In this document: positions 36,067-47,693 of the stretch, one piece after another | Layout of the letters: every line of letters begins with the position of its first letter | How positions within the stretch are numbered: the stretch's first letter is position 1 | Assembly: GCA_043722215.1 (NCBI GenBank) | Contig: JAYSPI010000208.1 | Location: 1 to 49,248, forward strand | Length of the DNA stretch: 49,248 bases | From: Prosthecobacter sp. | GTDB taxonomy: Bacteria > Verrucomicrobiota > Verrucomicrobiia > Verrucomicrobiales > Akkermansiaceae | Direction of reading: 5' to 3' | Made by a program: the position numbers and the translations under genes | The notes under the pieces: generated by a model | Told to the model about the DNA's origin: nothing | What the model saw: only the letters and a program-made list of their open reading frames with translations | Databases searched by the model: none

Positions 36067-37467
36067 ATGCGTATCCTCATATCGATCTGCTTTTCGTGGT
36101 CCCTGCTCACCCCGAGCACACACGCGACCGCCACCATCCTCCTCATTGCTGGCCCCAAAAGCCACGCCCCAGGCATGCATGAACACCCGGCCACCTGCGA
36201 GATGCTCGCCAAGCACCTGCAATCCAGCGGCCTACCCCTCACCGTGGTGATCAGCCAAGGCTGGCCGCAAGACCCCGCCACCGTCGCCGCGGCCGACACC
36301 CTCGTGATCTACGGGGATGGTCTCGACGACCATCCTGCGACTGGCCACCTCTCAGAACTCCGCCAGCGCTACGCCGCGGGCAAGGGCCTCGCCATCCTGC
36401 ACTGGGCGCTCGAACCCAAGGACGCAGAAATGGCCGAATTCCTCGACACCGCACTCGGCGGCCACTTCGAGGTCAATTGGTCGGTCAATCCGATCTGGTT
36501 GATGCAACAACCGACACTCGCCAACCATCCGATCACCCGCGGCGTCGCTCGTTTCGAGATCGAAGAAGAATTTTACTACCACCTGCGGTTGCGCAACGAT
36601 ATCACGCCGCTCGTGCAAGCACTGCCGCCCGCGTCGTCACTGGCCGCTGATGATGGCCCGCGCTCGGGCAACCCAGCCGTCCGCCAGGCGCTGGCCGATT
36701 ACCTCCCGCAAACGCTGGCCTGGGCCGTCGTCAACACCAACCAATCACGCGGATTTGGCTTCACCGGCGGCCATTTCTATCACCACTGGGCCAACCCAGA
36801 TTTCCGCCAACTCGTGCTCAACGCCATCGTCTGGACGGCCGGACTGGAGGTCCCCGATTGCGGCGTCGTCGCCCACCTCGCCGCAACCCCTGCCTATCAG
36901 ACCATCGACGAGGCGATTGCCAAAAACGACCTGGCTGACGTGCGCCTCCACCTGGCCGCCGACCCGCGACGCGCAAACCAGGGCGGGCGCGACACCTCGC
37001 GCCCGCCGCTTGAACAGGCGATCCTACGCAACAAGTCGGAGATCGCTCTCTATCTGTTGGAATGTGGGGCCAACCCGAATAGCACCAGCTCATCCCTCCG
37101 CACCCCACTCCACCTCGCCGTGGAACGCAATAACCCGACCGTCGCCACCGCCCTGCTCAAGGCTGGTGCCAATCCCAATGCCCGCGACCACGACGGATGG
37201 ACACCCCTCCACCACGCCGCCGCTAAAAACCAACTCGCCACCGCCCAATCCCTGCTGGCCGGAGGGGCGAACCCAATGACCTTGAGCGACCTCGGCGGCA
37301 CCCCGCTGCATGAAGCCGCCGCCAGCGGCGGACCCGCCATCCTCCACCTGCTACTCAACCATCATGTCGATCCCAGCGTAATCTCCAAACATGGAGTCAC
37401 CGCTCTCGAAATCGCCAAACAATATAACAACCAACCCGCGATCGATGTGCTATCAGAAATTAAATAA
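36067..37467 (+). CDS. Exported ThuA-like domain protein fused to ankyrin repeats
   Basis: LLIAGPKSH-HEH, HPITRG, EFYY, FGFTGGH and LVLNAIVWTAG; ankyrin repeats TPLHLAV, GWTPLHHAA, GTPLHEAA and GVTALEIA. Confidence 0.85.
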   Translation: MRILISICFSWSLLTPSTHATATILLIAGPKSHAPGMHEHPATCEMLAKHLQSSGLPLTVVISQGWPQDPATVAAADTLVIYGDGLDDHPATGHLSELRQRYAAGKGLAILHWALEPKDAEMAEFLDTALGGHFEVNWSVNPIWLMQQPTLANHPITRGVARFEIEEEFYYHLRLRNDITPLVQALPPASSLAADDGPRSGNPAVRQALADYLPQTLAWAVVNTNQSRGFGFTGGHFYHHWANPDFRQLVLNAIVWTAGLEVPDCGVVAHLAATPAYQTIDEAIAKNDLADVRLHLAADPRRANQGGRDTSRPPLEQAILRNKSEIALYLLECGANPNSTSSSLRTPLHLAVERNNPTVATALLKAGANPNARDHDGWTPLHHAAAKNQLATAQSLLAGGANPMTLSDLGGTPLHEAAASGGPAILHLLLNHHVDPSVISKHGVTALEIAKQYNNQPAIDVLSEIK

Positions 37468-37510
37468 CACGGCCCTGAAAAAACCCGATGCTTGGAATCA
37501 TGAGCAAATC

Positions 37511-37543
37511 CACCGCGCCGCCCAAGCAAGGGGCGGCGCGGTG
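37511..37543. terminator. GC-rich hairpin between convergent genes
   Basis: caccgcgccgccc / gggcggcgcggtg perfect 13-bp stem with 7-nt loop; no U-tract. Confidence 0.55.
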
Positions 37544-37585
37544 ATCTGGTAACGCGTCCATGACCGCCGAGGCCATGCGGGCAGC

Positions 37586-39430
37586 TCACGCCATCGCTTT
37601 TTCCATCAGTGTATTCATCCGGGTAACCGTGTCGCGGGCATCCTCCAGCAGACCCGCTGCAATCAGAGCATTATCTAGCAACTGGCGTGCTACGAGTTGT
37701 GCAAGCTCTGGATTGGCATCCTTGGCAACTGCTAGTTTTTGAATCAGCGCGTGACGCGGGTTAATCTCCAACTCGACTTTCACTTCGTCTTTAAAGTTTT
37801 CGTCCATTGCCTTCATCATTTGGCGCATCTGCGGGCTCATCCCATCGGCGGGCACCAGCGCGATGACTGGGTTTTCAACCAAGCGTTTGCCGCTCGCCAC
37901 CGCCACCACCCGGTCGCCGAGCTCCTGCTTGAGGAAGTCACACAACTCGAGGGTTTGCGCGGCGCTGAGCGATTCGCCCTCGGTCGCCTGGTCCTCAAGC
38001 TCGACCCCACCATGACGGACGGAAACGAGCTTTTTCCCATCGAAAGTGCCGAGCGAATCGACGACGTATTCATCGACGGCATCGGTGAAATAGATCACTT
38101 CCAAGCTGCGCGATTTGAACGCCTCAATGTACGGGCTGCTTTCGACCTGAGCGCGACTGGCACCGACTAGATAATAGATCGTATCCTGACCGTCCTTCAT
38201 GCGGGCCACATAGTCGGCGAATCCGCAGACCGTTCCGGTCTCGGTGAGAGACGACTCGAAGCGGAGCAGTTTGGCGAGGGCCTCGCGGTTCGGATAGTCG
38301 GTGGCCACGCCTTCCTTGAAGAAGCGGTCAAACTTCCGATAGAAGGCGCGGTATTTTTCGGGGTTCGCCTCGGCTTCTTTTTCGAACATGCGGATGACGC
38401 GCTTGCTGATGACGCTGCCGAGTTTACGGATGAGAGCGCTATCCTGCATTGACTCGCGGGAGATATTGAGTGGCAGGTCGGCACTATCGACGACGCCTTT
38501 CATGAAGCGCATCCAATCGGGCAGCAGGTCTTTGGGAGACGGGTCAATGAGGACCTTGCTGCTGTAGAGGGCGACGCCGCAATCCGCCTTATTGAAGCCC
38601 ATGCGTTCCGGGTTTTCAGAGGGAGCAAATACCAACGAGTTAATCGCTAGCGGCGCGTCCGCGCTGAAGTGCAGCCGGTAGGCCGGTGTGTCAAAGGCCT
38701 TGCACGCAAACTGATAGAACGCGGTGTATTGTTCATCGGTGATCGACGCTTTGTTTTTCAACCACAGCGCCTCGACCTCGTTGATGCGGGTGCCGTTGAG
38801 GAGAATCGGGAAGCCGACGAAGTTGCTATAAGTTTCAATGAGGTGCTTGATTCGTTGTTCCGTAGCGTATTCCGCACATTCCTCCTTGAGGTGAATGACG
38901 ATTTTCGAGCCGCGCTCTTGGCCGGGGGATTCGGTGATTTCGTAGCTACTTTTACCATCGCTGGTCCACACCAACTCCGGCGAGTCTGCGTGCCACCCGC
39001 GGGAATGCACATCCACCTGATCGGCCACCATGAAGGCCGAGTAGAAACCGACGCCGAACTGGCCGATCATGTTCGCCGGTGTGCCGCCCCCCTCTTTGAC
39101 CGACTTAAGAAACGCCTTGGTGCCTGAGTGGGCGATGGTGCCGAGGTTTTTCACCAATTCCTCGTGGGACATACCGATCCCGTGGTCGGTGATGGTCAGG
39201 GTTTTGGTTTCCTCGTCGGTCGTGATGTGAATCTCTAACGGCAGCGTCGGCTGGTGGATGTTTTTCTCGGTGGCCTCGACGTGGCGAAGTTTTTCCATGG
39301 CGTCGGAGGCGTTAGAAATCAACTCGCGCAGGAAGATCTCCTTGTCGGTGTAGAGGGAATGCACCACCAGATCGAGCAGTTGTTGGATCTCGGCTTGGAA
39401 GACGTGTTTTTCAGAGGTAGTTTCGCTCAT
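37586..39430 (-). CDS. htpG: Molecular chaperone HtpG (Hsp90)
   Basis: SLYTDKEIFLRELISNASDA, NLGTIAHSGT, IGQFGVGFYSAF and DLPLNISRE; start ATG 39430. Confidence 0.98.
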   Translation of the reverse strand: MSETTSEKHVFQAEIQQLLDLVVHSLYTDKEIFLRELISNASDAMEKLRHVEATEKNIHQPTLPLEIHITTDEETKTLTITDHGIGMSHEELVKNLGTIAHSGTKAFLKSVKEGGGTPANMIGQFGVGFYSAFMVADQVDVHSRGWHADSPELVWTSDGKSSYEITESPGQERGSKIVIHLKEECAEYATEQRIKHLIETYSNFVGFPILLNGTRINEVEALWLKNKASITDEQYTAFYQFACKAFDTPAYRLHFSADAPLAINSLVFAPSENPERMGFNKADCGVALYSSKVLIDPSPKDLLPDWMRFMKGVVDSADLPLNISRESMQDSALIRKLGSVISKRVIRMFEKEAEANPEKYRAFYRKFDRFFKEGVATDYPNREALAKLLRFESSLTETGTVCGFADYVARMKDGQDTIYYLVGASRAQVESSPYIEAFKSRSLEVIYFTDAVDEYVVDSLGTFDGKKLVSVRHGGVELEDQATEGESLSAAQTLELCDFLKQELGDRVVAVASGKRLVENPVIALVPADGMSPQMRQMMKAMDENFKDEVKVELEINPRHALIQKLAVAKDANPELAQLVARQLLDNALIAAGLLEDARDTVTRMNTLMEKAMA

Positions 39431-39461
39431 AAAGTGGGGATCGTTGGTTGAAAGGAAGCGG

Positions 39462-39489
39462 AGAATAACCATCATTGCGCGGCTGTCAA
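39462..39489 (-). promoter_or_regulatory. Putative sigma70 promoter of htpG (TTGACA-16-TATTCT)
   Basis: Perfect -35 at 39489-39484 and -10 at 39467-39462. Confidence 0.6.
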
Positions 39490-39567
39490 AATCCGATGTG
39501 GCCTCCGATCTCGCAATATTCAGGCGACCATCTCAAAACGGGCAACTCCCACCCACCAATCCGGCGA

Positions 39568-40137
39568 TTACCTGCGGTACAATTGGCGCGGCGCGATCCA
39601 GGCGGCCACCGCTGGTGCCAGCCACGGGTGAGTGGATGCGCCACTGGAGAGGACCGCGCGGATCGCCGTGGCGGACGCCGGGTGCTCGCAGGCGATCACA
39701 TGGAGTTGGCAGCCAGGGCGCGGCAACGGGTGAGTGCCTCCACGCGCCAACACAATAAACTCGACGCACGCGGCGAGACGATCGGGGTGCCGCCACTGGG
39801 GCAGGGCGTCCCATTGATCGCCGCCCATAATCCAAAACCGCCTGGCCTGCGGGACGCGCGCGGCCAGATCCTCAGCCGTCTGATAGGAAAATGACGGACC
39901 ATTGCGCCGAACCTCCGTGTCATCGACCACCGCCCACGGCAACCCGGCGGTGGCCAGACGCAACATCTCCAAGCGCGCGGCCGCCGGGGTGGGCACTTGG
40001 TCCGGCTTATGCGGCGAGATTTGGCACGGCAAAAACCGCACTTCATCGAGCGCCAGCGCCTGCCGAGCGAGGTCCGCCAGGTGGAGGTGGCCGAGATGCA
40101 CTGGATCAAAGGTGCCGCCAAACAGAGCGATGTTCAT
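39568..40137 (-). CDS. nadD: Nicotinate-nucleotide adenylyltransferase
   Basis: ALFGGTFDPVHLGH, SPHK, IMGGD-W and SATAIR motifs. Confidence 0.95.
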   Translation of the reverse strand: MNIALFGGTFDPVHLGHLHLADLARQALALDEVRFLPCQISPHKPDQVPTPAAARLEMLRLATAGLPWAVVDDTEVRRNGPSFSYQTAEDLAARVPQARRFWIMGGDQWDALPQWRHPDRLAACVEFIVLARGGTHPLPRPGCQLHVIACEHPASATAIRAVLSSGASTHPWLAPAVAAWIAPRQLYRR

Positions 40138-40155
40138 CGGGGTCAACATGGCAAT

Positions 40156-40944
40156 TTAGTGGGTCATCGGTGGCGAATTCTCCTCTGGGTTGCTGGCTTC
40201 CAGCGCGCTGCCCGCCCTCAATTTGGCGCGGATTCGCAGCAGTGCGGCGACCATCCCCCAAGCATCGCGCAGTGGGTGGACCTTCCCTCCTCTTTTCTGA
40301 ACCCAATTGACTGGAATTTCCACCCAGGTCGCCCCCGTGCGCATGAGCGTGGCAAGCAGTTCGGAATCAAAGGCCAATCCAGATTCAGTCAGGCGGTGGG
40401 CGATCCGGCGGTAATCCGCGCCGCGTAAGATCTTAGCCCCGCACTGGGGGTCGTGACAGCTCAGGTCGAGGACGAGCCGCGCCACCAGCAGGAACCCACG
40501 GTGCGCCAGCCCCCGCCAGAAACTCTCGACGATTTCGGTGGTGGGCGTGCGTTTGCGGATGCCGAGCACCGAGGTGCCGGAATCCAACGCGCTGGCGAGC
40601 AACCCTAACATAGTTTCGGCGGTGACGCTGCCATCCGCATCCACAAAGGCAAACCATGCGGCATCGGGCGCGAGCGCCCACGCCTCGCGGACGACCGCCC
40701 CCTTACCATGGTGGCGAGCGGCGAAGTGGAGATCGACCCGTGGGTAGATCATGACAAATATTTCGTGAAGCGCGGTAAGGCGCGCGGATTCACTGCCGTC
40801 CGATCCATCGTCGGCGATGATCCAGCGGATGGGAAGCGGGGATGCGGCGAGCGCGCTGGCCAAGGTGGCCCCGAATTCCGCTAGGCGCGCGGAATCGTTC
40901 CACACCGGAGTGACCAGCAGGATGTGAGGCGACGGTGAAGACAC
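40156..40944 (-). CDS. GT2 glycosyltransferase, polyprenol-phosphate glycosyltransferase-like
   Basis: VTPVWN, ADDGSD, GKGAVVR, FVDADGS, DPQCGAK, AFDSEL and EIPVNW; start GTG 40944 is approximate. Confidence 0.88.
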   Translation of the reverse strand: MSSPSPHILLVTPVWNDSARLAEFGATLASALAASPLPIRWIIADDGSDGSESARLTALHEIFVMIYPRVDLHFAARHHGKGAVVREAWALAPDAAWFAFVDADGSVTAETMLGLLASALDSGTSVLGIRKRTPTTEIVESFWRGLAHRGFLLVARLVLDLSCHDPQCGAKILRGADYRRIAHRLTESGLAFDSELLATLMRTGATWVEIPVNWVQKRGGKVHPLRDAWGMVAALLRIRAKLRAGSALEASNPEENSPPMTH

Positions 40945-41000
40945 GGGCGATGCACAATAACATTGCGGGAGTAGGGATTCTTTCATCGTATCCGTCCGGT

Positions 41001-42512
41001 TTGCTCAAACATGCTGTCATCATTATCCTCTGGATCAGCGTGCTTGTCACCGGAGTATTCCTCCGTTTCGACCACCTCGACAAGCGCCCGTTTCACGCCG
41101 ACGAAGCTACCGGCGCGCGGATCACCGCGCGACGCATGGAATCCACCGCCGGGCAATTCGATCCGACCCACTTTCATGGCCCGTTGTTGGCGGATTTGGC
41201 GATTCCATTATGCCGCTGGCGCGGAGAATCGAGCTGGCGAGAACTGACCAAGAACACTCTGCGGACGGTCTCTGCAGCGGCTGGGTGTCTGCTAGTGATA
41301 GTGCCGTTGTGGTGGCGGCGGCGGTTTGGGGATGGGCCGATGTTACTGGCCTCATGGCTGTTAGCGACCTCACCGCTCTTGGTTTATTACAGTCGGATGT
41401 TCATTCACGAGTCGCTGTTAGCACTGTTTGGGCTGATGGCGGTCATGACCCTGACCCGCAAACCCCGCTGGGGAATCCCCGGCCTGCTCATCGGGTTGAT
41501 GTTCGCCGCGAAAGAAAGCTTTGCCATCAGCATGATCGCCTGGGCCGCCGCCGCCCTACTCGTCGCCGTGGAAAATCGCCACCGACTCAATCGTGAAATG
41601 TTAGCCGCTGCCTGGCGTGACTATCGGTGGCCAGTGGCCACTTCACTCATCGTGGCCGCCGTGACCACACTCGGGTTCTACACCGACGGCTTCCGCCATC
41701 CACAGGGTGCCATCGACGCGGTGCGCACGTATTTTGTCTATCAGACGGGGGCCGGCCATGACCAGGCGATGGATTATTATTGGCGGCTTCTTGCGTGGCC
41801 GAAAAAGTCTGGTGGCGTCTGGTGGGGCGAAACGCCAGTGGTCGTGTTGGCACTGTGCGCCTGGGCGGCCACCTTCCGACCCTCCCCACCCGCCGCCCGC
41901 TCGACCCAGCGCTTCATCGCCTATGCCGCCGCCGGACATTTCCTGATCTACAGCCTGATCTCCTACAAAACGCCGTGGTTAGCGTGCTTGGCGTGGTCCC
42001 ACTTGTGCCTGTTCGCTGGCTTGGCGCTGGTCGGGTTCACCCGCCACCGCCTACCCATGCGCGCGGCGCTGGCCGCAGTCGTTGGCGGTGGCTTGGTAAC
42101 CCAGGCCATCCAAGCGCAGCGCGCCAGCGGGCGCTACGCCGCCGACGAGCGCAACCCCTACGCCTACGCCCCGACCTGCAATGACGTTGAGAAGCTAGCG
42201 GCATGGTTGCTAGAACTTCGGCAGGCCGTGGTGCCCGGCACGCTGGAACCCATCGCGGTGATCGGCGAGCACTACTGGCCATTGCCGTGGTATCTACGCG
42301 CGTTTGAGCACATCGGTTACTGGCGGGTCCCGGCGGCGGATCTCGCGACGATGCCCTTGGTTTTTGCGCTACCGGATGCGGCGGAGGCGGTGGCGAGGGC
42401 GTTAGAGCAGACCCACGTTGAGTTGCCGCGCGGGTTGCGAGCCGGGGCGCCGGTGGGGGTCTTTGTGAGGTCCGACCTATGGCAGCAATGGATGGAGGCG
42501 AGCGGTCGATGA
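41001..42512 (+). CDS. Polytopic GT-C fold membrane protein (PMT-like; TIGR03663/Agl23-like)
   Basis: RPFHADEA, FDPTHFHGP, LVYYSRMFIHE, AKE, YKTPW and YWPLPWYLR motifs; many TM segments; start approximate. Confidence 0.78.
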   Translation: MLKHAVIIILWISVLVTGVFLRFDHLDKRPFHADEATGARITARRMESTAGQFDPTHFHGPLLADLAIPLCRWRGESSWRELTKNTLRTVSAAAGCLLVIVPLWWRRRFGDGPMLLASWLLATSPLLVYYSRMFIHESLLALFGLMAVMTLTRKPRWGIPGLLIGLMFAAKESFAISMIAWAAAALLVAVENRHRLNREMLAAAWRDYRWPVATSLIVAAVTTLGFYTDGFRHPQGAIDAVRTYFVYQTGAGHDQAMDYYWRLLAWPKKSGGVWWGETPVVVLALCAWAATFRPSPPAARSTQRFIAYAAAGHFLIYSLISYKTPWLACLAWSHLCLFAGLALVGFTRHRLPMRAALAAVVGGGLVTQAIQAQRASGRYAADERNPYAYAPTCNDVEKLAAWLLELRQAVVPGTLEPIAVIGEHYWPLPWYLRAFEHIGYWRVPAADLATMPLVFALPDAAEAVARALEQTHVELPRGLRAGAPVGVFVRSDLWQQWMEASGR

Positions 42513-43423
42513 ACGCCCCTGCTCCGATCCCTGATGCGCATGTTTTCAGCCATGACGCGATGAACACCACCTTCAGCCTGCGGTTCCGCGGCGTGGACGA
42601 GTCCACCGCCCAGGGAATGGCCCGCGAGTGCTGCGATCAACTCGAGTATCTCGAGTCGCGCTTGAGTCGCTTCATTGAGGGCAGTGATGTGGCGCGCATC
42701 AACCAGTTGCGGGCCGGGGAAACCCTCTATCTGAGCGAGGCGTGCCATCAATGTTTGCTGTTAGCCATGAATGGGTACGGTCGCACGGGCGGCTTGTTTG
42801 ATATCACGCTGGGCGCGCGCATCGACCACCTCAAGACCGGCGACCATGGCCCACCACCGACGATTGCCGGGCAGTTGACGATTCACCCCGACGCTCCCGC
42901 CATCACCTGTGAAACGCCCGGCCGGAAAATCGACCTCGGCGGCATCGGCAAGGGGTTCGCTCTCGACCAACTCGGGCGCACTCTCACCGAGTGGGGTGCG
43001 CCCGACGTGCTGCTCGCCGCCGGCGGCAGTTCGTTGCTCGCGTTCGGACCCACTGCGTGGCCGGTCGACCTAACAGGCGATTGTGAGGCCGCGCACATTT
43101 TCCTAACCCATCAAGCGCTCAGCGCGTCGGGCACGGGCGTGCAGGGCAGTCACATTGTCCATCCCGGCGGGTCGGCGGCCATGCCGGTTGACGCCTATCG
43201 GCGGGTGTGGGTGTTGGCGGAGACTGCGGCGCTGGCGGAAATCTGGTCCACGGCGATATGGCTGATGGATCCGGCGGAGATGGCGGCCTACCTGACCACG
43301 GCGGATTCGGATGTGGCCGGCGTGTTCACCGATCGCGGCGCTCAGGTGGTGCGCGCTCACCCCGACGGCCACGCGGTAGAAAGATCAGACAAAACCAGCG
43401 GCGGCTTGCGTTTGAGCACGTGA
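42509..43423 (+). CDS. FAD:protein FMN transferase (ApbE family)
   Basis: AMNTTF, LSRF-SDV, TGGLFDIT, IDLGGIGKG, SASG and HIVHP; ATGA-coupled to the upstream gene. Confidence 0.88.
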   Translation: MNAPAPIPDAHVFSHDAMNTTFSLRFRGVDESTAQGMARECCDQLEYLESRLSRFIEGSDVARINQLRAGETLYLSEACHQCLLLAMNGYGRTGGLFDITLGARIDHLKTGDHGPPPTIAGQLTIHPDAPAITCETPGRKIDLGGIGKGFALDQLGRTLTEWGAPDVLLAAGGSSLLAFGPTAWPVDLTGDCEAAHIFLTHQALSASGTGVQGSHIVHPGGSAAMPVDAYRRVWVLAETAALAEIWSTAIWLMDPAEMAAYLTTADSDVAGVFTDRGAQVVRAHPDGHAVERSDKTSGGLRLST

Positions 43424-43483
43424 CAGTTCATGAGTCGCCCCGTCGTGCGGGCGTGGCCCACCATCAATCACACCACTACACCT

Positions 43484-43738
43484 ATGGGACCGATCGGAAT
43501 GCCTGAAATGATGATGATTTTCATCGTCATCTTGTTGCTTTTTGGAGCCAAAAAACTCCCTGAACTGGCACGCGGGGTCGGTAAAGCCATGGGTGAATTC
43601 AAGAGCGCCCGCGATGAATTTGAGCGCGAAATCACCCACGCCGTCAGCCAGGCAGAGAGCACCGTGACACCCAAGAACGCGCCCGCCACCGAGCCACGCA
43701 CTGAGTCGCCCGCTCACCCAGGCCGGTCGGACGCGTGA
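43484..43738 (+). CDS. tatA: Twin-arginine translocase subunit TatA/E
   Basis: IGMPE-ILLLFGAKKLPELARGVGKAMGEFK. Confidence 0.95.
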   Translation: MGPIGMPEMMMIFIVILLLFGAKKLPELARGVGKAMGEFKSARDEFEREITHAVSQAESTVTPKNAPATEPRTESPAHPGRSDA

Positions 43739-43780
43739 TGTTGGGGTGAGCGGTGGCCGGTGTGCCGTTTGCCTGAGGGA

Positions 43781-45859
43781 TCAGGCGAGGCCGGCGCGCA
43801 CAAGGAGCGGGTCAAGCTCGGGGTCGCGGCCCATGAAGCGGCGGAACAATTCATCGGCGGGAGCGGAGTTGCCTTGGCTGAGGATGTGCTCGCGGAACGA
43901 TCGTCCGGTTTCCGGGTTGAGGATACCTTCGTTCTGGAAGCGGGTGAAGGCGTCGGCATCGAGCACCTCGGACCACTTGTAGGAATAATACCCCGCAGCA
44001 TAGCCGGTGGGGCTCCCAAAAACATGAGTGAAGCGCCGCAATGTTGAGGGCGACGAGGATTGCAGCGGCGGCCGATAGTCTGCTAGAACGGCGAGGTCCA
44101 CAGCGTCGAGATCCTGGCCACGCCAATCATGCAGGTGGATGTGAAGTTCGAGATCCAGTTTGGCAAGCGCGAGTTGACGCATGAAGGCGGACGCACCGAG
44201 GTAGTTGCGCGCCGCTAACATCTTGGCAAACAACTCATCCGGAATGACAGCGCCCGATTGGTAGTGGCGTGCAAATAAATCCAACGCCTGACGGTCCCAA
44301 CAAAAGTTTTCCATGATCTGCGATGGCAGTTCGACAAAATCCCACGGCACGTTGGTGCCTGAGAGTGATTTCACCGGCACCTGGCTGAGTAGCCCGTGGA
44401 GCAGGTGGCCGAATTCGTGGAAAATGGTCTCCACCTCGCGGTGGGTGAGCAAGGCAGTTTGACCGGCGACGGGTGGGCTCATGTTACCGATGATCAGCCC
44501 GAGGTGGGGTTCTCCCAAATCGCCGGTGTGCAGTGAGTTCATCCAGGCACCGCCACGCTTCGACTCGCGCGGGTGCCAATCGGCGTAGAACGACCCGAGG
44601 TGGGCGGCGCTCTGCGCATCGTGGATTTCATAAAAGGCGACTTCGGGGTGCCAAGTTTCCACTTTCGACTCCGGGTTACCGGGGAGGCTGGCCGTCGGGC
44701 AAATCGTCTCCACCTGGCGGATCGAGATCGCGAACAAGCGCGAGGCGATTTCAAACATACCGGACATCACGCCATCGACTGGGAAGTAGGGGCGCAGCGC
44801 TTCGTCGTCGAGGTCGTAGTGGGTCATGCGCTGGCATTCGGCCCAGTAGGCGATTTCCCACGGTTCGAGGGCGGTGGCGGAGCGACCGGTGGCGGCCGCT
44901 TTGTAGGCGGCGAGTTGACGGAAATCCGCGAGAAACGCCGGCGCGATCCGGGCGTGCAGGTTTTCAATGAAGGCCAAGGCACTCGCTCCGGTCTTGGCCA
45001 TGCGCCGCAGCAACGTGAGATCCGCAAAATGCGGGTGCCCCAGGAGATTGGCCTTTTCTTGGCGCAACTCCAAAATCCGCCAAACTAACTGCGAATTATC
45101 ATGCGCCTCCGTGCCGCCAACCTGCCCAGAGGCCAACCACACTTGGTGGCGCAAGGCATCATCGTGCGCGTATTGCATGATCGGAAACATCGAGGGAAAC
45201 TGCAGCGTAAACCGCCACGCCGGCAACTCGTCGGTCGCCACCCCCTTGGCACGCGCACTGGCGGCGGCCCCGGCGATCGCCGACTCGGGCAAACCGGCCA
45301 GTTGAGCGCGGTCAGTCACGACGAGATCCCATGCATTGGTCGAATCGAGCACGTGCTCGGAGTATTGCTTGGTGAGTTGGGATAACTCGGCCTCAATGAC
45401 GGCAATCCGCAATTTTTCAGGGGCGGCCAAATCGGCACCGGCCTGGCGGAAATCGGCTAGTGTCTCGGCCACAAAGCGTTGTTGAATCGGTGCCAGCGCC
45501 TTGACTGCAGGCCCTTCACCAAAGGCTTTCAGCACCGCCCACAGACGCTCGTTGAGTGGGATCGAAGAGTAAAACCCGGTCACCTCCGGCAACATCCGGT
45601 TAAGCGCCTCCCGCTGCGCCGGATGGTCCGCTACCGAATCCAAGTGATTCAGTCGCTCCCACCCGCGGTTGAGAACCTCAGTGGCGTGCTCAAGTGCTAA
45701 AAATGTGGACTCATAGCAGACAGCGGTTAGATCCTGGGCGCAGATGGCCGCGACTGCTCGCGTCGAGAGATCCAACGCGTGACGAATGTCCGGCTCGATG
45801 TGCTCGGGCGTGAGTGTGGACCAACGGATATGAAAATCAGGAGTGAGAAACGGGTGCAT
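43781..45859 (-). CDS. prlC: M3 family oligopeptidase A
   Basis: RPYF, KRGGAWM, IFHEFGH, WDFVELPSQIMENF and YAAGYYSYKW motifs. Confidence 0.93.
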   Translation of the reverse strand: MHPFLTPDFHIRWSTLTPEHIEPDIRHALDLSTRAVAAICAQDLTAVCYESTFLALEHATEVLNRGWERLNHLDSVADHPAQREALNRMLPEVTGFYSSIPLNERLWAVLKAFGEGPAVKALAPIQQRFVAETLADFRQAGADLAAPEKLRIAVIEAELSQLTKQYSEHVLDSTNAWDLVVTDRAQLAGLPESAIAGAAASARAKGVATDELPAWRFTLQFPSMFPIMQYAHDDALRHQVWLASGQVGGTEAHDNSQLVWRILELRQEKANLLGHPHFADLTLLRRMAKTGASALAFIENLHARIAPAFLADFRQLAAYKAAATGRSATALEPWEIAYWAECQRMTHYDLDDEALRPYFPVDGVMSGMFEIASRLFAISIRQVETICPTASLPGNPESKVETWHPEVAFYEIHDAQSAAHLGSFYADWHPRESKRGGAWMNSLHTGDLGEPHLGLIIGNMSPPVAGQTALLTHREVETIFHEFGHLLHGLLSQVPVKSLSGTNVPWDFVELPSQIMENFCWDRQALDLFARHYQSGAVIPDELFAKMLAARNYLGASAFMRQLALAKLDLELHIHLHDWRGQDLDAVDLAVLADYRPPLQSSSPSTLRRFTHVFGSPTGYAAGYYSYKWSEVLDADAFTRFQNEGILNPETGRSFREHILSQGNSAPADELFRRFMGRDPELDPLLVRAGLA

Positions 45860-45895
45860 GGTGACGGGATAGGCGGGTGATTAGCGATGGTAGAT

Positions 45896-47662
<1,767 letters not shown>

Positions 47663-47693
47663 GCCGACAAGGGAACCGATGATCCCCCCGGCG

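Noticed and set aside
39430-39567. CIRCE/HrcA operator upstream of htpG
   Set aside because: No TTAGCACTC-N9-GAGTGCTAA is found; only a sigma70-like promoter.
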